Shown here: positions 32,491 through 37,896 of the stretch, in pieces
How positions within the stretch are numbered: the first letter of the stretch is position 1
Layout: every line of letters begins with the position of its first letter
Source of the DNA: a virus
Virus record (IMG/VR): IMGVR_UViG_3300049215_000050
Span: 1 to 37,896 of that record
Strand: one strand, 5' to 3'
Length of the DNA stretch: 37,896 nucleotides
Notes under the pieces: generated by a model
Told to the model about the DNA's origin: nothing
Seen by the model: the letters and a program-made list of their open reading frames with translations, nothing else
Database searches by the model: none
Made by a program: the position numbers and the translations under genes

Positions 32491-32767
32491 ACCGCTCTCT
32501 CAGGAAGAACTGGCCCGCTTTCGGGCGGTGGTCCATACAAAGACAGAGGAACTCCTCCTCGCAACGCTCGACAACCGTAACGCTGAGATCGCAGCCCTGC
32601 GTGAGCGCCTGGAAGCGGCCGAAGCGGTGTGCGAAGCGACGAACCGGGTGCGGGTGGCGCACACCCGTGGCTGGAACAAAGGGGTTGAGCTGATCGCCCT
32701 GTTTCTGGCCCATGACTCCTGGCGCTCCCTGGCCCCCCAAGAGAGAAGAAGCGAAGGAGAGAAGTGA
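32483..32767 (+). CDS. Hypothetical helical protein (94 aa) ending in the shared tail [12 protein letters not shown]
   Basis: High GC3. Its last 41 nt are identical to the 3' end of the next gene. Confidence 0.6.
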   Translation: MTEPLSQEELARFRAVVHTKTEELLLATLDNRNAEIAALRERLEAAEAVCEATNRVRVAHTRGWNKGVELIALFLAHDSWRSLAPQERRSEGEK

Positions 32768-32769
32768 CC
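32729..32769. repeat. 41-bp perfect direct repeat, copy 1 (gene-junction cassette)
   Basis: ctggccccccaagagagaagaagcgaaggagagaagtgacc, identical to 33457-33497. Contains a GAAGGAGAG RBS, TGA stop and GTG start. Confidence 0.95.
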
Positions 32770-33495
32770 ACGACAACGAAGATCCCCGCCTGGCTGAAAC
32801 TCGACACCGGCTCGCACGAAGACTCCTGCGGCGTGTGCGTCGAGGAGTGCCTGGCGCTCTTGCTCGGCCAGGAGAAGACCGACAACCCCGACCGGGTGCA
32901 TCCCATCATCCGGTCGGTCGCCATTAACGCCAACGACACCGAGCCAGACCCGAAGAAGCGTCGGCTGCTTGCCCGAACGCTCGCCTGCCAGGTGGACACC
33001 GACGACGTGAGTGAGGAAGTGACAAGGCGATTGGCTGCCTTCGTGTGCCGCTACAGCGCCGAGCGGCTGCCCGAGGGAACCGACGAGCGAGTGGGGGCCG
33101 CCCTGCTGGCTGCTGCGGCGTGCCTGGAAGACCCGAGCGCCGGGCGTGCGAGAGCTGCGGAGGCTGCGAGAGCTGCGGAGGCTGCGTGGGCTACGAGGGC
33201 TGCGGAGGCTGCGGGGGCTGCGGGGGCTGCGGAGGCTGCGTGGGCTACGAGGGCTGCGGGGGCTGCGTGGGCTACGGAGGCAGCGGAGGCTGCGTGGGCT
33301 GCGAGGGCTGCGTGGGCTGCGAGGGCTGCGTGGGCTGCGTGGGCTGCGTTCTGCGCCGACCTGCTTACCGCCCTCATCGCGGAGTTCGACCGTCTCACTG
33401 GCCGCACCGAGTGTCACAAGTTCACGAAGGCGGACTGGGACCGCGTGAAAGCGGCGCTGGCCCCCCAAGAGAGAAGAAGCGAAGGAGAGAAGTGA
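32764..33495 (+). CDS. Alanine-repeat protein A (243 aa): Cys-containing N-domain plus (Ala-Ala-X)n array
   Basis: N-domain [18 protein letters not shown]..., then [31 protein letters not shown]...[16 protein letters not shown]-coupled. Confidence 0.7.
   Translation: MTTTTKIPAWLKLDTGSHEDSCGVCVEECLALLLGQEKTDNPDRVHPIIRSVAINANDTEPDPKKRRLLARTLACQVDTDDVSEEVTRRLAAFVCRYSAERLPEGTDERVGAALLAAAACLEDPSAGRARAAEAARAAEAAWATRAAEAAGAAGAAEAAWATRAAGAAWATEAAEAAWAARAAWAARAAWAAWAAFCADLLTALIAEFDRLTGRTECHKFTKADWDRVKAALAPQERRSEGEK
33154..33351. repeat. 22 tandem 9-bp units GCTGCGNNG (in-frame coding microsatellite)
   Basis: Units counted directly: gctgcggag, gctgcgaga, gctgcggag, gctgcgtgg, gctacgagg ... gctgcgttc. 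Confidence 0.95.
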
Positions 33496-33497
33496 CC
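33457..33497. repeat. 41-bp perfect direct repeat, copy 2
   Basis: Identical to 32729-32769. Confidence 0.95.
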
Positions 33498-34346
33498 GAC
33501 TTCACTGAAATGCTCCGAGCCCCGCTGCACAAGGGGGCGCATGATGACCCGTCCAAGGGTGCCTGCGTTATGGAACGTGTGGCGATCCTCTGGGCGCTCC
33601 ATGCCGGTGAGGACGTGAAGGCCGTGTTCAGCGATCTGCCCGCCTGCACAAACGAGGTCGTGGCTCGCTGCGCCCAGCAGGTGAACGACCGGCTCGATGA
33701 CAGCGAGCGCCAACGGCTCAACGCGCTCATCCCCCGCCTGCTCAGAGCACGACGCACCGACAGCGATCTGCGGGTGAATGTACGTCTGGCGGTATGGGCG
33801 GCTCGCCGGGTGCTGCACCTGGTGCGCGAACAGGACCGCGAGGTCTGCGAGAAGGCCATCGAGGCAGCGGAGAACTGGCTGGAAACGGGGGTGTGGGACG
33901 CCACCTACGCCAACGCCGCCAACGCCACCGCCTACGCCGCCGCCAACGCCGCCAACGCCACCGCCTACGCCGCCGCCAACGCCGCCCACGCAGCCCTCGC
34001 AGCCCACGCAGCCCTCGCTGCCTCCGTAGCCCACGCAGCCCCCGCAGCCCCCGCAGCCTCCGCAGCCCTCGTAGCCCACGCAGCCTCCGCAGCTCTCGCA
34101 GCCTCCGCAGCCACCGCCGCCAACGCCGCCGCCGCCGCCTACGCCGCCAACGCCGCCTACGCCGATCCAGTGGCCGAGCTGGACGCGTTCCTCGACGCCT
34201 GGGAGGAGGCGGTCACCAAGGAGGGCGAGGACCTCTACATCCCAAGAGAGTGGGAGGACGAGGCGCTGGCTTTCGTCGCTGAGTTCATAGCCCCAACCCC
34301 CACAGACACCATCGAGCGCATGGAAGCGGAGGACTACGAGAAGTGA
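33492..34346 (+). CDS. Alanine-repeat protein B (284 aa), paralog of protein A
   Basis: N-domain [23 protein letters not shown]...[22 protein letters not shown]..., then [11 protein letters not shown] x2 and [47 protein letters not shown] 33492 lies inside the spurious ORF 33045..34346. Confidence 0.7.
   Translation: MTDFTEMLRAPLHKGAHDDPSKGACVMERVAILWALHAGEDVKAVFSDLPACTNEVVARCAQQVNDRLDDSERQRLNALIPRLLRARRTDSDLRVNVRLAVWAARRVLHLVREQDREVCEKAIEAAENWLETGVWDATYANAANATAYAAANAANATAYAAANAAHAALAAHAALAASVAHAAPAAPAASAALVAHAASAALAASAATAANAAAAAYAANAAYADPVAELDAFLDAWEEAVTKEGEDLYIPREWEDEALAFVAEFIAPTPTDTIERMEAEDYEK
33909..33986. repeat. 33-bp tandem duplication (about 2.4 copies) encoding [11 protein letters not shown]
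   Basis: gccaacgccgccaacgccaccgcctacgccgcc at 33909-33941 and 33942-33974, followed by a partial third copy. Confidence 0.9.
33986..34111. repeat. Inverted copy of the 33154-33333 9-bp array (14 units)
   Basis: The reverse complement of 34040-34111 equals 33154-33225 exactly (72 bp). The remaining 54 bp match after unit-multiple gaps of 36 and 18 bp. Confidence 0.9.
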
Positions 34347-34732
34347 CCCCTGACAACCCCATAGAAGCCGCAAGCCCACTGACGTTTCAGGCGGTTCACG
34401 CCGCCAACACGGCCCGCTGCCGCCGTTGGCACGAGGACTCCACCGCCTGGACGGGAGCTGATTGGGCGACGGCTCTCGGCGGCGAGTGCGGCGAGGCACT
34501 CAACATCGTCAAGAAGATGCGACGGATCGAGTGTGGGATGGACCCAGGCCCCGACGACCCGCCGTTCCCTGCGCTGGGTTCGATGCTGGCAAAGGAGTTG
34601 GCTGACGTGTTTCTGTACCTCGACCTGCTCGCCTGGCACTACGGCATCGACTTGCCCCACGCCATCGTCTCGAAGTTCAACGAGGTAAGCGCACGCCAGG
34701 GTTTCCCCGAGGAGTTGCAACATGAACGCTGA
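34343..34732 (+). CDS. mazG: MazG-like nucleotide pyrophosphohydrolase
   Basis: [26 protein letters not shown] and [20 protein letters not shown] match the MazG/NTP-PPase helix motifs. Confidence 0.75.
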   Translation: MTPDNPIEAASPLTFQAVHAANTARCRRWHEDSTAWTGADWATALGGECGEALNIVKKMRRIECGMDPGPDDPPFPALGSMLAKELADVFLYLDLLAWHYGIDLPHAIVSKFNEVSARQGFPEELQHER

Positions 34733-34811
34733 CCCCATAGAAGCCGCAAGCGGCATCGAGCGGATCGAGAAGTTGGAGGCCGTGGCTCGGGCGGCTGCGG
34801 CGCGGGGGTAA
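34722..34811 (+). CDS. 29-aa ORF sharing its N-terminus (DPIEAAS) with MazG; possible duplication remnant
   Basis: ATG 34722. The 19-bp ccccatagaagccgcaagc at 34733-34751 repeats 34357-34375. Confidence 0.3.
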   Translation: MNADPIEAASGIERIEKLEAVARAAAARG

Positions 34812-34815
34812 CTGA

Positions 34816-35166
34816 ATGACGCTGACCCTTATCCTCATCTACGCAATCGTCGCGGTCGCCATCCCCGTGACCATGACGGTTCTCGATGGCCCCGACCCCG
34901 ACCCAGCGGTCTTTGTGTTCGGGTGCTTCTTCAGCATCTTCTGGCCGATCTATGCGCCGTTCGTCTTGCTGTGGCTGTGTGTCAAGGGCCTGTCCGCTGC
35001 CGTAGCCGACAAGCCTGGGCCGCTTCACGGGTGGTTCCCGACTGACGACCCTGACGAGTACGTGCGGGCGGGCGAGCGGTGGCGGGCCGAAATGCACGCC
35101 CGCCAGATGGATGACCCGGGCGACTGGGGGGGTGAAAGTGAGTTTCAACATGACAACGAGTCCTGA
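34816..35166 (+). CDS. Membrane protein (116 aa, two transmembrane segments)
   Basis: LILIYAIVAVAIPVTMTVL and VFVFGCFFSIFWPIYAPFVLLWLCV. Confidence 0.6.
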   Translation: MTLTLILIYAIVAVAIPVTMTVLDGPDPDPAVFVFGCFFSIFWPIYAPFVLLWLCVKGLSAAVADKPGPLHGWFPTDDPDEYVRAGERWRAEMHARQMDDPGDWGGESEFQHDNES

Positions 35167-35395
35167 CGGAAGGTTGGTCAAGCTGGTGGCCGAAAGAAAC
35201 GGCCAGCCGCCCACGCCGACCATCGTGCAGGAGAACCCGGCCTACGCCAAGTGGGTCGAGCGGGCGGCGCTGATCCTGTGCGACGAGGCGGGCGAGCTTG
35301 GCGAGATTCCGACGCCCTGCTTCACACACATTCATGAGGCCAGCCGCATCTCGGCGGCGCTCCGTATGACCGTCATGAACAGCGCCGGGAGGTAA
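35111..35395 (+). CDS. Hypothetical protein (94 aa; alternative start ATG 35150)
   Basis: High GC3. Overlaps the end of the previous gene. Confidence 0.5.
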   Translation: MTRATGGVKVSFNMTTSPDGRLVKLVAERNGQPPTPTIVQENPAYAKWVERAALILCDEAGELGEIPTPCFTHIHEASRISAALRMTVMNSAGR

Positions 35396-35400
35396 CAGCG

Positions 35401-35748
35401 ATGCCCAAAAAAGTGACGATTGAGCGCGGGAAACCGCAGGAGGAAGTGCATATGAGTGAGGAGGTACAACGGCCCACCATCGGTCGGATCGTTCACTACC
35501 GCCAGGAGTACGACGTGGTGGCTGCCATCGTCACCATGACGCCCGAGGAGTGGTCGCCCGGCTACCGGGACAACGACGGCGAGTGGCACCCGACGACAAA
35601 CGTGCCGCAGCCCAAGGCCGGGACGGTCCACCTGCACCTGTTCCCGCCATTCGGCGCTGGCTGGACAGCCGAGCAGTGCGACGTGCGGGATGTGGCCCAC
35701 GGTGACGAGCCCGGCTCATGGTCGTGGGCCACCGAAGATCGGGGGTGA
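35401..35748 (+). CDS. Hypothetical protein (115 aa; alternative start ATG 35452)
   Basis: High GC3. No motif recognised. Confidence 0.5.
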   Translation: MPKKVTIERGKPQEEVHMSEEVQRPTIGRIVHYRQEYDVVAAIVTMTPEEWSPGYRDNDGEWHPTTNVPQPKAGTVHLHLFPPFGAGWTAEQCDVRDVAHGDEPGSWSWATEDRG

Positions 35749-35754
35749 CGCCTG

Positions 35755-35952
35755 ATGGCCGGTAAATGGTGGGTCTGCACCGATGCGCTCGCCCGAGGTG
35801 GTGCGAAAGTGATCGGCCCGTTTGAGTCGCAAGAGTTGGCTCTGGACGTGCGGCATTACGTCGAGCACACGCCCTTCCGTGAGCGACCGCCCGGCGTGGC
35901 ACGGCAACAGGCCACGTTTTGGGTGGACGAGGAAGTTGGGGGTGAGTCGTGA
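35755..35952 (+). CDS. Hypothetical protein (65 aa)
   Basis: High GC3, GTGA-coupled to the next gene. Confidence 0.5.
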   Translation: MAGKWWVCTDALARGGAKVIGPFESQELALDVRHYVEHTPFRERPPGVARQQATFWVDEEVGGES

Positions 35953-36239
35953 CCATCCGCAAGGAGCAGGTGACCGCCTTTTTGCAGGGGGAGGGCTTCG
36001 CTGTAGCCGATGCCCAAGCGCAAGCCATCACAGAACGCCTGAACGACGAGCGTAAGGGGACGCCGGACGACTTCTCCGAACTGAACGCCGTGCTCGACCA
36101 TCTCGCGTCGTTCGGAGAGCGGGACGCCATGAAGATCGACTGTCCGATCTGTACTGCAGCCAGAAAGTACGGCTTGGACAACCTGAAGGTGCGGGCGTTC
36201 CTGCGCCGACGCCCACGATACCGCCCGACAAGGGGCTGA
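35949..36239 (+). CDS. Hypothetical protein (96 aa)
   Basis: High GC3. CPIC motif near the C-terminus and a basic tail. Confidence 0.5.
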   Translation: MTIRKEQVTAFLQGEGFAVADAQAQAITERLNDERKGTPDDFSELNAVLDHLASFGERDAMKIDCPICTAARKYGLDNLKVRAFLRRRPRYRPTRG

Positions 36240-36259
36240 AAGTAGCGTCCCATCTGGTG

Positions 36260-36283
36260 AAACACCCATCCTGTAGGGTGTTT
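36260..36283 (+). other. Hairpin AAACACCC-AUCCUGUA-GGGUGUUU abutting the next start codon
   Basis: 8-bp perfect stem ending 2 nt before GTG 36286. Could be a weak terminator or a structure occluding translation initiation. Confidence 0.35.
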
Positions 36284-36285
36284 GG

Positions 36286-36555
36286 GTGATCGACCTGCGC
36301 CAGCTCCGACAGATCGCGGAGCCCAACCTGAAGGGCGGCACCGTCCAGTCCCGAGCCGCCTACGCCGAGACCTTCGGGCCGGCGGTCGTGCTCGAGCTCA
36401 TCCAGGCACTGGACCTGGCCGTTGACCTTCTGGACCAGACCGGACTGAGCCACGATCCGCACGCAATCGACCCCACCGGGCGTTTAACGATCACGATTCC
36501 GGACGAGGAAACCATCCAGGAGTGGCTGACGACCCGTAAGGGCATCCACCTGTGA
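36286..36555 (+). CDS. Hypothetical protein, possibly Ead/Ea22-like (89 aa)
   Basis: IDLRQLRQIAE...FGPAVVLELIQALDLA resembles the Ea22-like N-terminal pattern. Weak call. Confidence 0.4.
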   Translation: MIDLRQLRQIAEPNLKGGTVQSRAAYAETFGPAVVLELIQALDLAVDLLDQTGLSHDPHAIDPTGRLTITIPDEETIQEWLTTRKGIHL

Positions 36556-36577
36556 GAACCAGGGAAAGGCGGCTGCT

Positions 36578-37108
36578 GTGACAGACACGCTCGAAAACTC
36601 CGACTACCGCGACTCCGATCCTCCGGAGCAGGTCACTGAACCTGAGAACCCCGACGAGCCGGTCGAGGACTACACCGAGGTCAACCGGGCCACCCCGGTC
36701 ACCGGCTGGGGCGGATCCGATCCCTCCAACCTCCCGCCGCACGATCCCATGACCACTGGCTACGCCGGCCAGCTGGACCAGAACCTGAAGCCGACCCAGG
36801 GCACGAAGCCGGTCCCGGTGGGCAACACCGTTCCCCCCGTCCAAGGTCGGATCGAGACCGTGAGCGTGCCGCCGGACAAGACGTCGGCCGACCTGGCCGC
36901 CCCCAACACCGAGCAGGTCGTTCCAGTCCCGCCGCACCCCCAGGGGGACGTGGAGGGCCAGACCCGTCAGGAGGCCATGGCCGAAGCCGCCGTGTCGCCT
37001 CCTCCGACCGCTGAGCAGCCCGGCGAGGTCACAGGTCAGGCTGATGTGCCCCCGCAGGACGTGGGGACCGGAGAACCGCCTTCCTACGGCGCCGAGGCCC
37101 CGCTGTGA
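36578..37108 (+). CDS. Pro-rich, probably disordered acidic protein (176 aa)
   Basis: GTG start, high GC3, low complexity. Confidence 0.5.
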   Translation: MTDTLENSDYRDSDPPEQVTEPENPDEPVEDYTEVNRATPVTGWGGSDPSNLPPHDPMTTGYAGQLDQNLKPTQGTKPVPVGNTVPPVQGRIETVSVPPDKTSADLAAPNTEQVVPVPPHPQGDVEGQTRQEAMAEAAVSPPPTAEQPGEVTGQADVPPQDVGTGEPPSYGAEAPL

Positions 37109-37263
37109 GCCCCGACATCTCGGACCTGGCGGGACTCGGGACCTCCAACACTCAGCAGCCCGAATCGGGCGACAGCTCGCTCGACGAGGGCACGGACCCA
37201 GGACTCGGGACGAGCCCTAGCGAGGTTCCCGACCAGGGCGACGCCGGGGAGATCGAGGGCTAG
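37105..37263 (+). CDS. Small acidic protein (52 aa), not in the ORF track
   Basis: GTGA-coupled. Nearly all codons end in G or C. Confidence 0.45.
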   Translation: MSPDISDLAGLGTSNTQQPESGDSSLDEGTDPGLGTSPSEVPDQGDAGEIEG

Positions 37264-37424
37264 TGCTGCCGCTCCTCCTGGCGCTGCTCCTCGTCCTCAT
37301 CCTGTTCGGGGTGGGGATAACGGCGCACTTCCTGTGGATCGTGGCCGTGGTGCTCTTGATCGCCTGGCTGGTCGGCTTCGCCGGCCCCGTGCGTCGCGGC
37401 GGGGGTCGCTGGTACTACTGGTGA
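37263..37424 (+). CDS. Small two-TM membrane protein (53 aa), not in the ORF track
   Basis: VLPLLLALLLVLILFGVGITAHFLWIVAVVLLIAWLVGFAG...RWYYW. The LW....LL..WL.GF motif is reminiscent of lmo0937-type small membrane proteins. Confidence 0.45.
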   Translation: MLPLLLALLLVLILFGVGITAHFLWIVAVVLLIAWLVGFAGPVRRGGGRWYYW

Positions 37425-37591
37425 ACGCCTTCGCCTTCGTCCTGCTGCTTATCGCCGCTGTGCTTTTCGGCGTTGCTGCGATCCTGGTCAGACCACACGT
37501 TCCGGCGTTCCTGGTCTACCTGGGCTTGTGCCTGTTGACCATTGGACTGATCGTGCAGTTCGCCTCTTCTAGTCACTCCGTGACGTTCTAG
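37421..37591 (+). CDS. Small two-TM membrane protein (56 aa)
   Basis: GTGA-coupled GTG 37421 in the frame of ORF 37334..37591. FAFVLLLIAAVLFGVAAILV and FLVYLGLCLLTIGLIV. Confidence 0.45.
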   Translation: MNAFAFVLLLIAAVLFGVAAILVRPHVPAFLVYLGLCLLTIGLIVQFASSSHSVTF

Positions 37592-37896
37592 AGGCTGCGG
37601 CGAGCCTTCTGCCGGCCGCCTGGAAGCGTTCCAGCTCTTGTTCGGTGTACTCGCCGTCGTAGCGGGCGCGAACTTCCCACGTTCCGTCGTGTCCTGTGTC
37701 GTAGTGGCGAATGGTCCACTTTTCGGACGGACAGAGCTTGCGTAGTCGAGCTTTCACGTCCCGTCGGATGCGTTCGGCCCGAGCCTCATCCTCTGCGAGC
37801 ACGATGCGAAACTCATTCCCTTGTGCTTCACGCACGGGCTCTAGGATCGTCTCCCACTCAACAGGCGGTCGTTTGGGCTGTCTCGCCCGTGGCAGC
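37569..37896 (-). CDS. 3' part of the junction-spanning hypothetical gene (123 aa on the circle)
   Basis: The frame is open from 37569 to the window end and continues through 128-171. It converges on and overlaps 37421..37591 by 23 nt. Confidence 0.6.
   Translation of the reverse strand, partial: LPRARQPKRPPVEWETILEPVREAQGNEFRIVLAEDEARAERIRRDVKARLRKLCPSEKWTIRHYDTGHDGTWEVRARYDGEYTEQELERFQAAGRRLAAASRTSRSD
37770..37896. repeat. Terminal direct repeat, copy 2
   Basis: Identical to 1-127. Confidence 0.95.

Noticed and set aside
33154-34111. Diversity-generating retroelement (TR/VR pair) or CRISPR array as an explanation for the repeat arrays.
   Set aside because: There is no reverse transcriptase anywhere in the genome. 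The two arrays differ by whole-unit indels rather than adenine-specific substitutions, and they are inverted relative to each other. The 9-bp units have no spacers, so this is not CRISPR.
33414-34499. 361-aa minus-strand ORF. Similar long antisense or alternate-frame ORFs include 3573..4604(-), 4942..6066(-), 16304..17602(-), 22174..23304(-), 3329..4501(+), 13646..14788(+) and 17011..17970(+).
   Set aside because: High-GC genomes keep non-coding frames open. These frames lack the G/C third-position bias seen in the overlapping called genes, give Arg/Gly/Pro-rich junk translations, and have no RBS or coupling.
1-37896. Lysogeny module (integrase, excisionase, CI-like repressor), own DNA polymerase/primase/helicase, tRNAs and CRISPR arrays.
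   Set aside because: I looked for tyrosine or serine recombinase and polymerase motifs in all called products and found none. Only small HTH/RHH proteins, an SSAP and an initiator-like HTH protein are present.

Overview
The window is a complete, circularly assembled genome of a high-GC tailed dsDNA phage. Bases 1-127 are identical to 37770-37896, so the unique length is 37,769 bp, and one minus-strand gene reads across that junction. Coding frames show a very strong G/C third-position bias. I used this bias, together with ATGA/GTGA start-stop coupling, to pick frames and to reject the many long antisense ORFs.

Layout:
- **Leftward module:** four small genes at 1160->301, driven by a near-consensus promoter and closed by an intrinsic terminator, plus the junction-spanning gene.
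- **Control region (1161-1604):** a 445-bp repeat-rich non-coding region.
- **Rightward block (1605-28918), about 27 kb and tightly coupled:** an RHH protein, a small-terminase-like gene, terL, a zinc-ribbon protein, portal, scaffold and major capsid protein. These are followed by a decoration-like protein, an endolysin plus holin, several fibre/spike genes with an embedded GT2 glycosyltransferase, putative nozzle/adaptor genes and a Q-rich coiled-coil protein. The block ends with a low-GC HNH endonuclease, a 1328-aa putative internal virion protein, an XRE-type HTH protein, and a strong UUCG-loop terminator.
- **Early/accessory block (29043-37591):** a Rad52-like annealing protein, a Zn-finger protein, a SAM methyltransferase, an HTH replication-initiator-like gene with internal iterons and a CCHC knuckle gene. 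It also carries a second HNH, two alanine-repeat paralogs, MazG and many tiny membrane or hypothetical genes.

I see no integrase, DNA polymerase, tail tube, sheath or tape-measure gene. That suggests a podovirus-like, probably non-integrating phage.

The most unusual locus is 32483-34811. One 9-bp tandem-repeat array is present in both orientations and is coding on both strands in two adjacent paralogous Ala-rich genes. It forms a 126-bp inverted repeat, 72 bp of it perfect. The locus also has 41-bp perfect direct repeats at gene junctions and a MazG cassette bracketed by 19-bp direct repeats.

All functional calls come from motif recognition by eye and from synteny. No database search was run.
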